DNA of 64,000 nucleotides from a bacterium (GTDB taxonomy: Bacteria > Patescibacteriota > Patescibacteriia > 2-01-FULL-39-33): assembly GCA_029558735.1 (NCBI GenBank), contig JAKQDP010000047.1:209-64208 (forward strand). Reading direction: 5' to 3'. Position 1 is the first letter of the stretch. The number at the start of each line of letters is the position of its first letter. This document shows positions 28,273 to 39,486 of the stretch, piece after piece. The position numbers and the translations under genes are program-made. The notes below the pieces were generated by a model that ran no database searches, was not told the DNA's origin, and saw only the letters and a program-made list of their open reading frames with translations.

Positions 28273-29802
28273 ATGAATTATAACTTACCCAATAAAAAAC
28301 ATCTTGTCTTCGTCGATTTAGCTATTGATAGTTTTTACTATGCAGTTAATTTGGGCGTGGCCGCCTTAATACCGATAGCCAAAAACTGTGGCTTTAAGGT
28401 TTCTTTGATTTACTTGAATAAAAAAATCAGCGCCAAAAAATTTAAAGACCGAATCAAAAGGCTTAATCCGGACCTGGTTGGTTTTTCCTTGATGTGGCCG
28501 CAGATTAACCACCTGATCAATTATTCTCAGGCAATCGCCGATTTGCCCGGCATCTTAAAAATTTGTGGCGGTCCAGGCGCCTCTTTGGCCCCGGAAACCG
28601 TCCTCAACAAAGCCGCTATTGATGGCGTGACGATTGGCGAAGGGGAAATTCCCCTAACCAACCTGCTAAAAAAAATTAACCAACATCAAGACATCTCCGA
28701 CCTTGCCGGATTTTATTGGAAAATTAACGGTCAAATTAAAAAAAATCCACCGTCAGCTTTTATTACCGACCTGTCAACCTTACCCTTCCCCGATTACAGT
28801 CTTTATCCACGTTCGTTGATTATTCAATATGAGGGTAAAAATATTTCTGCCAAGCTTACCCGCGGTTGCCCCTTTGCCTGCACTTATTGTTCCAATAAAG
28901 AGTTGTCCCAATTATATCCTCCTGGCCAACATTTTTTTCGTCTGCCACCGATTGATTACGCCATTAATCTGCTTAAAAATTTAATCCGCCAATATCCCCA
29001 AGCCGGCCAAATTAATTTCGCTGATGAAACTTTAACTGCCAATAAAGAATGGTTCAAAAATTTTTTACGGGCTTACGCCCAAAACATTAAACTACCCTAT
29101 ACCCTAATGACCCGCATGGATACTCTTGATAGTGAAACAATTAAACTAATGAAAACTACCGGCTGTTTTTATATTTGGGTGGGACTGGAAAGCGGCAACG
29201 AGTCATTCAGAAAACAATTACTCGGCCGACATTACAGTAATCAACAATTTATTGCCAATGCCAAATTAGTCAAACAAGCCGGAATTCAAATTTACACTTT
29301 CAATATGTTCGCCCTGCCCTTTGAAACGGCCGAGCAAATGGCCCAAACTGTCCAATTAAACAAAGACATCCGAGCAGACCGCGGACAATGTTCCTTCTAT
29401 TATCCCTTTCCTGGCACGCAAATGTATGAACTATGCAAAAAAAATAATCTACTGCTGGAACAGGACTCCATTCTCAACTTGACCAACTATAATAGCCAGC
29501 CCGCCATCAAGCTAGTTAATACCACTAAAGAACAATGCCTTCATTATCAAGGCCAATTGGTTAACTATTTTGCCAACCAGGAAGCCAACCCCTACTTTCG
29601 AATGGACTGGTATCGCGCTTATGAGGAAGATGGTAGCCTAAAAACCAGTCTCAGATTATCCCTTTTTTATGGCTGGGCCAAAATAAAATACGCCGTCAAA
29701 ATGACCGCGCTGATTATCGACCGGCAAATCGGCAAAGTCGGCATCTTCCTGAAAAAAAATTACCCAACAATTTATCAACGGCTCAAGAAAACTAATGATT
29801 AG
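28273..29802 (+). CDS. B12-binding-domain radical SAM protein
   Basis: CPFACTYC (CxxxCxxC) preceded by a cobalamin-binding-like N-terminal domain. Confidence 0.8.
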   Translation: MNYNLPNKKHLVFVDLAIDSFYYAVNLGVAALIPIAKNCGFKVSLIYLNKKISAKKFKDRIKRLNPDLVGFSLMWPQINHLINYSQAIADLPGILKICGGPGASLAPETVLNKAAIDGVTIGEGEIPLTNLLKKINQHQDISDLAGFYWKINGQIKKNPPSAFITDLSTLPFPDYSLYPRSLIIQYEGKNISAKLTRGCPFACTYCSNKELSQLYPPGQHFFRLPPIDYAINLLKNLIRQYPQAGQINFADETLTANKEWFKNFLRAYAQNIKLPYTLMTRMDTLDSETIKLMKTTGCFYIWVGLESGNESFRKQLLGRHYSNQQFIANAKLVKQAGIQIYTFNMFALPFETAEQMAQTVQLNKDIRADRGQCSFYYPFPGTQMYELCKKNNLLLEQDSILNLTNYNSQPAIKLVNTTKEQCLHYQGQLVNYFANQEANPYFRMDWYRAYEEDGSLKTSLRLSLFYGWAKIKYAVKMTALIIDRQIGKVGIFLKKNYPTIYQRLKKTND

Positions 29803-31153
29803 ATTGCTTCAATAATTGACGACGCCAAGTTTGAAAAAAATACCTCTTGATACGGATTGCCAAAATCAACCAATAAATTTTTAAATCAAACCAATAATAA
29901 TCAAGCCAACTAATTCCGGCGGCATAAAAGCGGCCGTTATTTTTTTCTAATTTTATTTTTCTGTCTGCCAAAAAGGGGTGAATTAAATTTCTAATCCCGC
30001 CGGGAATAATAATATAATCAAAGCGCCCAATTAGAGTCAAATAAGCAATCAGCCGATAAAAAAATCCGGCCGGCAAAATAATATTATTTTGCTTGGCTGA
30101 CAATTTGACCACTGGTTGACCGGCCGGAAAAATTACAGTTAAACTGCAATCCGAAGCGCGTTGTTTGAGCCACCGACCAATCATCGCCAATTCAGCTGTC
30201 TGACCAAAATAAGGGAAAATCACTCGCTGATCGTCTAAACCATCGACCAACTCAAAGCCGGCCTGACCATAAAAATCAATTTGTCCCAATCGTGATCGAA
30301 AAAAATCAACCACTGACCAATAAAAAGTGGCTGCCTCCAAAGAATATTCCTGATGATATAATTTTCTGGCCTTCGCTAACCAGTGAAACACCGCTGTTTG
30401 CTGTTTAGACTTAAACTGGTTGAACTTTAGACAAAAATAACAATTATTTCTCAAATTATAATATTGTTTGTCAGCCGGATCATTGATAAAATTTGGGTGA
30501 TAAACCGGAGCGGTTTTAACGGCAATAATCTGGTAGCCGTATTTTTTTAACCGGAAATAAAAATCAATGTCATAACTGCGTATAAAATAAGCCGAATCAA
30601 ACCTCAAGCCGGTTTTTTTTAAAACCGCCACCTTGACTAAATCCGAGCAAGTACTGACATAATCAACCGATTGACTGGAGAAATTAATCCTCGGCATTAA
30701 TTTGTCAAAATCAAAAAAATATCCGGCACTGATTAAATGGCTCGGATAATCAACATCATAAACAGCCGAACCGGCCACCGCTACCATCTCTGATTCAGTC
30801 AGAACAGAAAGCAATTTCTCTAAGGTGCCCCCAGCCACCACTGAATCGTCATTTAACCACCACAAATAATCATAATCTTTATTAACGGCATAATCAATGC
30901 TTAAATTTAAAGAAAAAATCGGGCCACTTTGATGATGGTTCCTAATATAATCCAAAGAAAAACCATATTGCCGATCAGCAACCAACGATTGATAATCGTC
31001 ATCAGAGCAGTCATCAATTATTAAGACGTCAAATTTCGGCCCACTAATAAGACTCAGGCTCATCAGCAACCTTTTGATAAAAGCAACTCGATTGTAGGTG
31101 GTAATAACCGCTAAAATTTTATTGCCTCTGGCCATGGTTGATATTATCTTCAA
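29792..31153 (-). CDS. Glycosyltransferase family 2 with a C-terminal extension
   Basis: VITTYNRVAFIKRLL…VLIIDDCSDDD. Confidence 0.75.
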   Translation of the reverse strand: MKIISTMARGNKILAVITTYNRVAFIKRLLMSLSLISGPKFDVLIIDDCSDDDYQSLVADRQYGFSLDYIRNHHQSGPIFSLNLSIDYAVNKDYDYLWWLNDDSVVAGGTLEKLLSVLTESEMVAVAGSAVYDVDYPSHLISAGYFFDFDKLMPRINFSSQSVDYVSTCSDLVKVAVLKKTGLRFDSAYFIRSYDIDFYFRLKKYGYQIIAVKTAPVYHPNFINDPADKQYYNLRNNCYFCLKFNQFKSKQQTAVFHWLAKARKLYHQEYSLEAATFYWSVVDFFRSRLGQIDFYGQAGFELVDGLDDQRVIFPYFGQTAELAMIGRWLKQRASDCSLTVIFPAGQPVVKLSAKQNNIILPAGFFYRLIAYLTLIGRFDYIIIPGGIRNLIHPFLADRKIKLEKNNGRFYAAGISWLDYYWFDLKIYWLILAIRIKRYFFQTWRRQLLKQSNH

Positions 31154-31889
31154 GAAATTTTTGATAATGAGTCACCACCACTGAGGGTTCGCCCAACTCC
31201 CTGACTTGGCCCCGGTCGAGCCAAAGCACCCGATCGCTATGATCTTTAATGAATTCTAAATCATGAGCAACAAATAAAATAGTCACATTATTTTTTTTCA
31301 ATTTTTTCATTTCCGAGATACTCTTCTGCTTGAAAATACCGTCGCCGACCGCAAAAATTTCATCAATTAACAATATTTCCGGCTGGCTGATTTTGACGCT
31401 GTTAATCACGATGGAAAAAACCAAACGAGTCCTCATACCGCTGGAAAATTGACATAATTTGCAATCAATAAAGCCACCCAATTCAGCCAGGTCAACTATC
31501 TGATCAAAGCATTGGCTGATCTGATTGCGCGATAAGCCCAGTAGTGACCCGGCCAAATAAATATTATCCCGCATCGTTAACCGCTCCACCAAACCAATAT
31601 CCAGGCTGATTAACGGCATCACCGACCGGCTGACCAGTAATGAACCACCATCGATTTCATAAATTCCGGCGATAACTTTAAGTAAAGTGGTTTTGCCGGC
31701 TCCATTAAGGCCGATGATTCCGATTGCTTCGCCCGGATAAGCTGACAAAGAAAAATTTTTTAGCGCCCAAAAAATCTCTCTTGGCCTTTGTCTGGAAACG
31801 GTTGCCAATAATTCAAACAATAGGGTGCCGTTACTGTGCCCTATTTTAAATTTCTTGGATACATTTTCCAATTTAATATAGTCGCTCAT
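31119..31889 (-). CDS. ABC transporter ATP-binding protein (Wzt/TagH-like glycopolymer export)
   Basis: Walker A GLNGAGKTT, signature FSSGM, Walker B LLIDE. Confidence 0.85.
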   Translation of the reverse strand: MSDYIKLENVSKKFKIGHSNGTLLFELLATVSRQRPREIFWALKNFSLSAYPGEAIGIIGLNGAGKTTLLKVIAGIYEIDGGSLLVSRSVMPLISLDIGLVERLTMRDNIYLAGSLLGLSRNQISQCFDQIVDLAELGGFIDCKLCQFSSGMRTRLVFSIVINSVKISQPEILLIDEIFAVGDGIFKQKSISEMKKLKKNNVTILFVAHDLEFIKDHSDRVLWLDRGQVRELGEPSVVVTHYQKFLEDNINHGQRQ

Positions 31890-32659
31890 ATTCTTTCGGC
31901 AAATTTGCGTTTCAAGCGATTAAAAAGGAACCAGCCGATCATCAGACAAACCAATGAATAAAAAATCGCTGCTACTCCATAACCAATTTCCAGTCGCAGT
32001 GGCATTAAAATTTGCCTGGCCAAAGAAACAAAATAATACATTGGATTAAAACGATTGACCATTATTAATCTTGGCTGATCAACAACCGTATAAAATATCG
32101 GTGTCCCCAACCAAAGCAGCCGGCAAAAAAAATTCCAAATATTAGCTAGGTCCAAGCAGTAAATTGTTAAGGATGATAGGATAAAACAAACACCCAAAGT
32201 AAAAATAGCCAACAAAAGCAAAACCGGCAAATAATAAATAATCCCGACAAACGGCAAACCCATAGCCATAACCAAAACAATCAGAATCACTAGTTCCAAT
32301 AAGTGGGAAAAAATGTTCTTAAAAATAATGGAAATGATCAGCGCTTCACGAGGAAAATTCACCGAACGAATCAATGCGGCATTATCAATAACCGCCAGAG
32401 AGGATTCTGTGGTGGCCTGCTGAAAAAAGTTAAAAATAATTACCCCTACCAACAAATAGACGGGGTAATAATCAATTTGACTTCCCAGATTATCGAAAAA
32501 CAGAAATAACAACAAACCAAAAGCCGCCAGTGGATTGAGTAGATACCACGCTAGACCCAAAAAACTGCCTTCATTTCTAATTTTGAAGGAAATTCTGGCC
32601 AACTCAAAACTCAAATTGAGACATTTTTTAATTTTATTAAAAAAAGACAACATCATCAA
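31886..32659 (-). CDS. ABC-2 type transporter permease (Wzm/TagG-like)
   Basis: Six-TM ABC-2 permease, co-transcribed with the ATPase above (the two genes overlap by 4 nt). Confidence 0.8.
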   Translation of the reverse strand: MMMLSFFNKIKKCLNLSFELARISFKIRNEGSFLGLAWYLLNPLAAFGLLLFLFFDNLGSQIDYYPVYLLVGVIIFNFFQQATTESSLAVIDNAALIRSVNFPREALIISIIFKNIFSHLLELVILIVLVMAMGLPFVGIIYYLPVLLLLAIFTLGVCFILSSLTIYCLDLANIWNFFCRLLWLGTPIFYTVVDQPRLIMVNRFNPMYYFVSLARQILMPLRLEIGYGVAAIFYSLVCLMIGWFLFNRLKRKFAERI

Positions 32660-32685
32660 TCAATGGCTTACCTCCCTTTAGCCAT

Positions 32686-33945
32686 TCACATCATAATTAA
32701 TCGTTCAAATTTTTTCTTGTCCCGATAAGGGCCAATCACCGCTAAATTTAAACGGGAAAAATCAATAATTTTTTTAGCCAGGCATTTTAAATCAGCAACA
32801 GATACGGCTTGAATTTTGGCAATCTGTTCGGTCGGCGATAAAATCCGATCAGTCATTAATTGTTGTATTGCAAACCATTGAGCCAGATTGGCCGTATCCT
32901 CCAATTCCAATGACAACTTACCAGCCAAATAATCCTTGCCCCGCTGTAACTCTTCAGAATTAATCCCTTGTTTAAGCCGTTTTAATTCTTGTAAAATAAT
33001 TTTAATCGCCTGATCAATGCGCCCTTTATCTAGCCCCGCCTGGATAATTAAATTACCGCTATCCAAATAATTTCCCAAATAAGACTTAATAAAATAAGCT
33101 AAGCCATTTTTTTCCCGAACCGACAAAAACAACCGAGAACTCATATTGCCACCCAAAATGGCGGATAATAATTTCAAAGAAGGCAAATCATCGTCGCTGT
33201 AAGAACAACCATAAAAACCTAAAGCTAATTGCACCTGCTGAGTCGGCTTAAACATTAATGCCACTCGCGGCTTGTTTTGGTTAATTTTAAATTCAACAAA
33301 AGAACCGGCTGCTGATCCGCCGGTAAAAGAAAATTTTTCCTCCAATAATGAAGGGGCCGAAGATTTATAGTTGCCCGCTAAAGCCAACACCATATTTTGG
33401 GACTGATAAAACCCCTTATAGTAATCCAAAAAATCCTGGCGTTTAATGGCTTTGATATTTTTTTTATGACCAGCAATCGAATAACCCAAAGCATTGCCCT
33501 TAAACATTAACTGCTCTAATAAATCATCAACATACATTAAGGGATTATCCTTATACATATTGATTTCCTCGATGATTACCCCCTTTTCTTTTGCAATTTC
33601 TCTGGCGTCAAATTTAGAATGTAACAACATGTCCGACAAAACTTCAACCGCCAATGGCAAATAGCTGGCATCCGCTTTGATATAATAGCCGGTATATTCT
33701 TTATTAGTAAAAGCATTGAATTCGGCGCCAATGCCGTCCAGTTCCTTAGAAATATCCAAGGCAGTCGGCCGCCGCTTCGTACCCTTAAACATCATGTGCT
33801 CGATAAAATGACACAATCCGTTATTATCGCTGTTTTCAAAACGCGAACCTACCTTAACCAATAACAAAATGGCAATTGTCGGCGCGTCAGCCAGAGGAAT
33901 GCCAACAAATTTCAAACCATTTTTAAATTCCTTTAATTGATACAT
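32686..33945 (-). CDS. M16 family (pitrilysin/insulinase-like) zinc peptidase
   Basis: Inverted zinc-binding motif HFIEH…E. Confidence 0.8.
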   Translation of the reverse strand: MYQLKEFKNGLKFVGIPLADAPTIAILLLVKVGSRFENSDNNGLCHFIEHMMFKGTKRRPTALDISKELDGIGAEFNAFTNKEYTGYYIKADASYLPLAVEVLSDMLLHSKFDAREIAKEKGVIIEEINMYKDNPLMYVDDLLEQLMFKGNALGYSIAGHKKNIKAIKRQDFLDYYKGFYQSQNMVLALAGNYKSSAPSLLEEKFSFTGGSAAGSFVEFKINQNKPRVALMFKPTQQVQLALGFYGCSYSDDDLPSLKLLSAILGGNMSSRLFLSVREKNGLAYFIKSYLGNYLDSGNLIIQAGLDKGRIDQAIKIILQELKRLKQGINSEELQRGKDYLAGKLSLELEDTANLAQWFAIQQLMTDRILSPTEQIAKIQAVSVADLKCLAKKIIDFSRLNLAVIGPYRDKKKFERLIMM

Positions 33946-35321
33946 TAATTTGAAAATTTATTATTAAAATAATTAACTAACTCCGCAACTGCCACTCGCT
34001 CTTGCTTCATGCTGTCGCGATCTCTGACTGTGACCATTTTGTCTTCTAAAGTATCAAAATCAATCGTGACACAATAAGGTGTACCGATTTCATCCTGGCG
34101 GCGATAACGCTTACCAACATTGCCATTATCGTCAAATTCACAAAAATATTTGTCTTTTAACAAATCAAAAATTTCTTTAGCCTTAACGACCAACTCAGCC
34201 TTATTTTTTAATAATGGAAACACGGCAATTTTAACCGGCGCAAGCGCTGGAGGAAATTTAAGAACAGTTCTAATTTCTCCCTCAACTTCCTCCTCGTGAT
34301 AAGCGGTGCACAAAGCCACCAAAATGCTCCGATCAACCCCGAAAGTCGGTTCCAAGACATGCGGCAAATATTTACGATTATTAATTTGATCAAAATAAGA
34401 CAAATCCTGACCGGACGCCTTGGCGTGCTGAGATAAATCAAAATCACCTCGATGCGCCAAACCATATAATTCGCTAAAGCCAAAGGGAAAATTATATTCA
34501 ATATCAACAGTCTTGCGCGAATAATGGGATAATTTTTCTTTCGGGTGCTCGAACCGCCGCAAATCTTTCTTGTCAGCCCCCAAGGCCAAGGCAAATTCCT
34601 CTTCTTCTTTAAGCCACCAATCAAATAATTTCTCCCATTTGGCCTCCGGGTCGATAAAATATTCTATTTCCATCTGTTCAAATTCTCGCAACCGAAAAAT
34701 AAAATTACCCGCCACAATTTCATTACGAAAAGCTTTGCCGATTTGAGCGATGCCAAAAGGAATTTTCACCCGCATCGAATCAATGACATTTTTAAAATCA
34801 ACAAATATTGCTCCGGCGGTTTCCGGTCGCAAATATACTGGCCCCTCAACGCCATTCATTGTGGTGGTAAACATCAAATTCAAATTCCGGGGTTCGGTCC
34901 AATTAGTTTGGCCACATTCGGGACAATTGATTTTTTTTTCTTTTAATGCCTTAGCCATTCTTGCTATATCTCCCTCTAAATCTAGGCTGGTTGCCGCTTC
35001 AATAAGATGATCTGCTCGAAACCTTTTCTTGCACCCTTTGCAATCAACCATGGTATCATTAAACCCACTAGTGTGACCGGAGGCCTCCCACAACCGGGGG
35101 TTGAGCAAAATCGGCCCGTCAATGCCCACCATATCCACCCGGTCTTGAACAAATTTCTTCCACCACAGCCGCTTGAGATTGTTCTTAAGTTCGGTGCCGT
35201 AAGGACCATAACTGTAAGAATTGGCAAAACCGCCATAAATTTCCGACGAAGGATAAATAAAACCCCGCCGCTTGCAAAAAGAAACAATTTTTTGCATCAA
35301 GTCTTCTTGTTTTTTAGCCAT
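33945..35321 (-). CDS. glyQS: Glycine--tRNA ligase (dimeric GlyQS type)
   Basis: YGGFANSYSYGPYG…, the class II core, and an anticodon-binding C-terminus. Confidence 0.9.
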   Translation of the reverse strand: MAKKQEDLMQKIVSFCKRRGFIYPSSEIYGGFANSYSYGPYGTELKNNLKRLWWKKFVQDRVDMVGIDGPILLNPRLWEASGHTSGFNDTMVDCKGCKKRFRADHLIEAATSLDLEGDIARMAKALKEKKINCPECGQTNWTEPRNLNLMFTTTMNGVEGPVYLRPETAGAIFVDFKNVIDSMRVKIPFGIAQIGKAFRNEIVAGNFIFRLREFEQMEIEYFIDPEAKWEKLFDWWLKEEEEFALALGADKKDLRRFEHPKEKLSHYSRKTVDIEYNFPFGFSELYGLAHRGDFDLSQHAKASGQDLSYFDQINNRKYLPHVLEPTFGVDRSILVALCTAYHEEEVEGEIRTVLKFPPALAPVKIAVFPLLKNKAELVVKAKEIFDLLKDKYFCEFDDNGNVGKRYRRQDEIGTPYCVTIDFDTLEDKMVTVRDRDSMKQERVAVAELVNYFNNKFSN

Positions 35322-35422
35322 AAAAAAATAAAGGATTAATTTCCTTTATTTTAGCTCAAAACCAAGGCCTTGGCAACTGGGAAAAACCACCCCGAATCAA
35401 CAACGTTCCCTTGATCGTTTAA

Positions 35423-36568
35423 TTAACTTTGAATTATTTTTTTATATTGTTCTTCTAATTGGCCGGCTAATTTGTTCCAATCAAATCGCCGCGCTGAAAT
35501 CTTTGCTTTACTGGCTAATTTTCGCCTAAGATTATCATCAGCTAAGAGACTATCGATTGCCCGAGCCAATTGCGTGCTATCATTCTTTACAATTAAGCCA
35601 TTATAATTATCAATTACTATTTCTGACGAAGCATTCCAAGGACACTCCACGATAACCGCCGGCAAGCCGCTGCCATTGGCTTCAGCCACTGCAATGCCGA
35701 ACCCCTCCAGTAAAGATGGGGAGACAAAAATTTTTGCTTGTTTCATTAAATGATAAACATCATTTAATTGAGGCAAAAAACCAAGAAAAAAAATATTCTT
35801 CTTTAGATCAAGCTCTTCAACCAATTCCATCAGCTCTTGTTTGGCTGGACCGTCACCGATTAGAATAATTTTTATTTCCGGCCGACGGACAACTAAAATT
35901 TTAATCGCCTCAATCAGCCGGGAAAGATTTTTTTGTTGGGTCAAACGACCAGCAAAAACTACATCATATTGACCTGATTGTCTAGTATCGTCATTAATAA
36001 CCGCTTCGTCAATGCCGTTGTAAATAACGGCTATATCACGAGGCCTAACTCCGACTGCCAATAATTGCCGCCGAGTTGTTTCGGAAACAGCCAAGTGCCA
36101 ATGACTTAGTTTTAAAACCATTTTTTCAATCAACCGACCGATTGTTCCTTTTAATTTTCCGGCATAAGAATACCAATACTCCCCCCAATACTGATGCCAG
36201 GTCAACACTAAAGGCGTTCGTCTAAATAAGGCTACCGCCTTGCAAGTAAAACAGTGGAAATAAACAAAAGTAGAGGCATCAATAATATCAAACCTTTCTC
36301 TTAAAAGAGGAAAAAACAACTTGAGAGAAAATTTAATCGGCCCAACTACCGTCCTAATGCCGGCACTATTATAAATATTATTATATCGACAAACGCCATG
36401 AATAATCAGTTTTTCCCGATAAATAATATCCGGACCATCCCAAAATTTAACCCCAAATAAATGGACTTCATGGTGTCGAGCTAAACGTCGAGCTAACTGA
36501 TAATTTCTGATTTCCGCTCCGCCGATGTGAAACGGATAAATCATGTCATAAACCAAAGCGATTTTCAT
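35423..36568 (-). CDS. Glycosyltransferase family 4
   Basis: EGFGIAVAEANGSGLPAVIVE. Confidence 0.8.
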   Translation of the reverse strand: MKIALVYDMIYPFHIGGAEIRNYQLARRLARHHEVHLFGVKFWDGPDIIYREKLIIHGVCRYNNIYNSAGIRTVVGPIKFSLKLFFPLLRERFDIIDASTFVYFHCFTCKAVALFRRTPLVLTWHQYWGEYWYSYAGKLKGTIGRLIEKMVLKLSHWHLAVSETTRRQLLAVGVRPRDIAVIYNGIDEAVINDDTRQSGQYDVVFAGRLTQQKNLSRLIEAIKILVVRRPEIKIILIGDGPAKQELMELVEELDLKKNIFFLGFLPQLNDVYHLMKQAKIFVSPSLLEGFGIAVAEANGSGLPAVIVECPWNASSEIVIDNYNGLIVKNDSTQLARAIDSLLADDNLRRKLASKAKISARRFDWNKLAGQLEEQYKKIIQS

Positions 36569-37200
36569 CTGAGCGGTTTAATTTGCTGATCGCTATCGCC
36601 GGCCACTTGACCGGAAGACTGCCAAAGACCAGTTAGCCAATCAGTCAACCGCTCATCGTTGAGGGGATAGTCGGACCGAACGACCCGGGTCGCCAGTTTT
36701 AGCGATTCGGCATAAACCTTGCCACTTGCCGATAAAACGAGCCGGGGAACCAAATCAGACCCAACTGACACTCGACGACCAAAATTAATCACCCGACCGT
36801 CAGTGGAAATTAATCCGGTTGCTGACCAAAAAAATAACTGCCCGGCCGAAAAAAACAATAATAGCGTCCAAAAAACCGCCGTCCAAACATAATAATTAAA
36901 CTGGCCAGACGATTCTGGCCGAGCCATTGGCCTGAGCCATTTTGGCTCAAACTGATCGCTATCGTTAGTCGTTTCCAACTCTTCCTCCACCAACCGACGA
37001 ATTGTTTCTTGCCAATCCTGATACCAAGCCTCACTAGTCAACCAGCTATCACCAACCTTAAAAGCCTTCAATTTTCCTTTTCTGACTTCCGTCAATAAGA
37101 AGGCCTCGCTGTATTTGCCGCGCCGGGCAAGGTCATTAATAGTCAAATAAGGCCGCTCGCCATCAGTAAACATCGATTCAATTGAAGAAAAATCCAACAT
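36565..37200 (-). CDS. Membrane protein with an N-terminal excisionase-type HTH (HTH_17-like)
   Basis: LTINDLARRGKYSEAFLLTEVRKGKLKAFKVGDSWL, followed by a TM segment. Confidence 0.55.
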   Translation of the reverse strand: MLDFSSIESMFTDGERPYLTINDLARRGKYSEAFLLTEVRKGKLKAFKVGDSWLTSEAWYQDWQETIRRLVEEELETTNDSDQFEPKWLRPMARPESSGQFNYYVWTAVFWTLLLFFSAGQLFFWSATGLISTDGRVINFGRRVSVGSDLVPRLVLSASGKVYAESLKLATRVVRSDYPLNDERLTDWLTGLWQSSGQVAGDSDQQIKPLR

Positions 37201-37289
37201 AAAATCGGATATTTTTTATACTCTCATTATAACAAATAATTCCGCCCTAAGTGAAGGGCGGAATTATTTATTTTTAGACAATGAATTTA

Positions 37290-37841
37290 TTATTTTTGGA
37301 AAGAGGCGTCAATCGCTTTGACTACCTGAGAATCGTTCTTCAACGCTTCCGTCAACAAAATATAGTCACGATTGATAACCATTTTATCAGTTGGCCCATG
37401 AAGTTCGTTGCCCAGCTTAATCAATGTCAATTCCTGCTGAGTTTGCTGATTCTGCTCCACTTGTTCGGCAGAACCTTCCTGAGTGGCCTGAAGCGGTCTA
37501 GTAATAACCTGCAAATAATAGATATTGGTCAACACTAATTCGCGACTGGTCACATTTTTAATTTTGCCGAAATAAACCTGACCATTATTCAAAAAAATCG
37601 CCTGCCAATCATTACTGGGCCGCATCTTGCTAAACCCGGGCAACGCCAGGCCGGTATAAGCGCCTAATACATACCATAATAACGCTACCACCAATATTAC
37701 CAATAATAACCCTCCTTTTTTTCTAGGAGCGCATTTTTTTCTCGCCAGCGTGGCTTGTTCCAGCCCCGCCGCTTCATCATTGACAATTGGTTCTTCGTCA
37801 ACTAATTCAGACATCCGTTTGTTGGTCTTTTTGTAAATCAT
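37290..37841 (-). CDS. Hypothetical membrane-anchored protein
   Basis: ORF track; a single N-terminal TM helix. Confidence 0.5.
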   Translation of the reverse strand: MIYKKTNKRMSELVDEEPIVNDEAAGLEQATLARKKCAPRKKGGLLLVILVVALLWYVLGAYTGLALPGFSKMRPSNDWQAIFLNNGQVYFGKIKNVTSRELVLTNIYYLQVITRPLQATQEGSAEQVEQNQQTQQELTLIKLGNELHGPTDKMVINRDYILLTEALKNDSQVVKAIDASFQK

Positions 37842-37903
37842 CTTTATTCTCCTTATTTTCGGACAAATCGTGCCGAAATTAATTATTTATTAATATTTAT
37901 AAT

Positions 37904-38944
37904 TTAATCTTTCGCTTCTACAATATCATTAACGACTACACTAATTGCTGTAGCAACTGGCACAGCCAGCACCACCCCGATAATACCGGCTACTCGCGCA
38001 CCGATCAAAATAGCAACCAGGGTAATAATCGGATTGAGACCCACCGCCCGTTGCATCACTTTGGGCACAATTACATTATTTTCCAAAAATTGAATTAATA
38101 AATAAAGAATCACTACGCCTAAAGCAATTAATGGCGAATGAGTCAGGCCGATAAAAACCGCTGGAATCGCTCCCAGAAACGGACCCAAATAAGGTATCAA
38201 TTCAGTCACGCCGGCAAACAAGGCCAAGACCAGTGCGTAACGAATGCCCAACAAACTCAGGCCCAACCAAACTAAAATGAAAATAATCAATGACAGCAAC
38301 AGCTGCCCCCGTAACCATCGACCGATCTTATCCTGAATCCGATTTAATAAATAAGTAAAATAAGGCTGATATTTAACCGGCAAAATTAAGCGCATCATTC
38401 TCTTCATTGCCTGCTCCTCGACAGTCATATAAAAAGTAATCACCATAATAATAAAAAAAGAAAAAATTCCTCCGAAAAAGGAAAAAATAGTATTAAACAC
38501 TCCGCCGGCGGCTACGCCAACATTAGCCTGCAGGCCGGTCAAATAACCCTGAATATTTTCACTCCAACCTTGGGTGTTGGAATAATTGCGCAAACTCTCA
38601 AAACTGCTAATGATCCGGCTCGAATAAACCGGAAAATCCTTTGACAGTTGATTGACCTCAGTTACAATCGGCGGGATAATCAAATAAACCGCGCCCGCTA
38701 GCACCAAAATTACCGCCGCATAAATCACCAATAATCCCAAGGCCCGAGGAATTTTGTTTTTTTGAAACCAATCAACCCAGGGGTCAAAAGCGGAGGCCAA
38801 AATCAAAGCGATAAAAACAGTCAGGATAATATCGCGGATATAAAAAAGAAACATCAAAACAATGATGATCACCAAAACTTTTATCAGCGTCAAAGAAGAG
38901 ATATCTACTGTCAATTTTTCCCGAATATTATTTTTGGCGCTCAT
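37904..38944 (-). CDS. AI-2E family transporter (UPF0118/PerM-like)
   Basis: Eight-TM topology and sequence pattern typical of the AI-2E family. Confidence 0.7.
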   Translation of the reverse strand: MSAKNNIREKLTVDISSLTLIKVLVIIIVLMFLFYIRDIILTVFIALILASAFDPWVDWFQKNKIPRALGLLVIYAAVILVLAGAVYLIIPPIVTEVNQLSKDFPVYSSRIISSFESLRNYSNTQGWSENIQGYLTGLQANVGVAAGGVFNTIFSFFGGIFSFFIIMVITFYMTVEEQAMKRMMRLILPVKYQPYFTYLLNRIQDKIGRWLRGQLLLSLIIFILVWLGLSLLGIRYALVLALFAGVTELIPYLGPFLGAIPAVFIGLTHSPLIALGVVILYLLIQFLENNVIVPKVMQRAVGLNPIITLVAILIGARVAGIIGVVLAVPVATAISVVVNDIVEAKD

Positions 38945-39017
38945 TGGACAAAATTACTAAAGTTGATTAAGATTAATTAAATTATACCTAATCAAGTCAA
39001 AGGCTGTCAACAAAAAA

Positions 39018-39482
39018 ATGGGAATAATTGCTAAAAATAAAAATGCCCTGTTTAACTACGAAGTTTTGGAGACCTATCAGGCCGGCATTGTCTTGAGCGG
39101 CCCAGAGGTCAAATCAGTTAAAACCGGCCACATCCAACTCAAGGGTAGTTATGTCACCATTGACGCTAACCAGGAAGTCTGGCTTATTGGCGCCTATATT
39201 TCTCCCTACAAACCGGCGGCTCATTCCCAGACGAGCTACCACCCCAATCAGCGACGGAAGCTGTTATTGAACAAAAAAGAAATTAATTCCTTAATGGGGA
39301 AAACCAAACAAAAAGGCTTGACAATTATCCCAATTTCAGTATATACTAACAAAAGATTAATCAAAATTGATTTGGCGCTGGCGCGGGGCAAAACCCGAGT
39401 CGATAAACGAGAAACCATCAAAAAACGAGAAACCGCCAGAGAGATTAATCGCGCCCTACGGTCAAAAAATAATGGCCGCTAA
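39018..39482 (+). CDS. smpB: SsrA-binding protein SmpB
   Basis: ALFNYEVLETYQAGIVLSGPEVKS…GLTIIPISVY. Confidence 0.92.
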   Translation: MGIIAKNKNALFNYEVLETYQAGIVLSGPEVKSVKTGHIQLKGSYVTIDANQEVWLIGAYISPYKPAAHSQTSYHPNQRRKLLLNKKEINSLMGKTKQKGLTIIPISVYTNKRLIKIDLALARGKTRVDKRETIKKRETAREINRALRSKNNGR

Positions 39483-39486
39483 AACT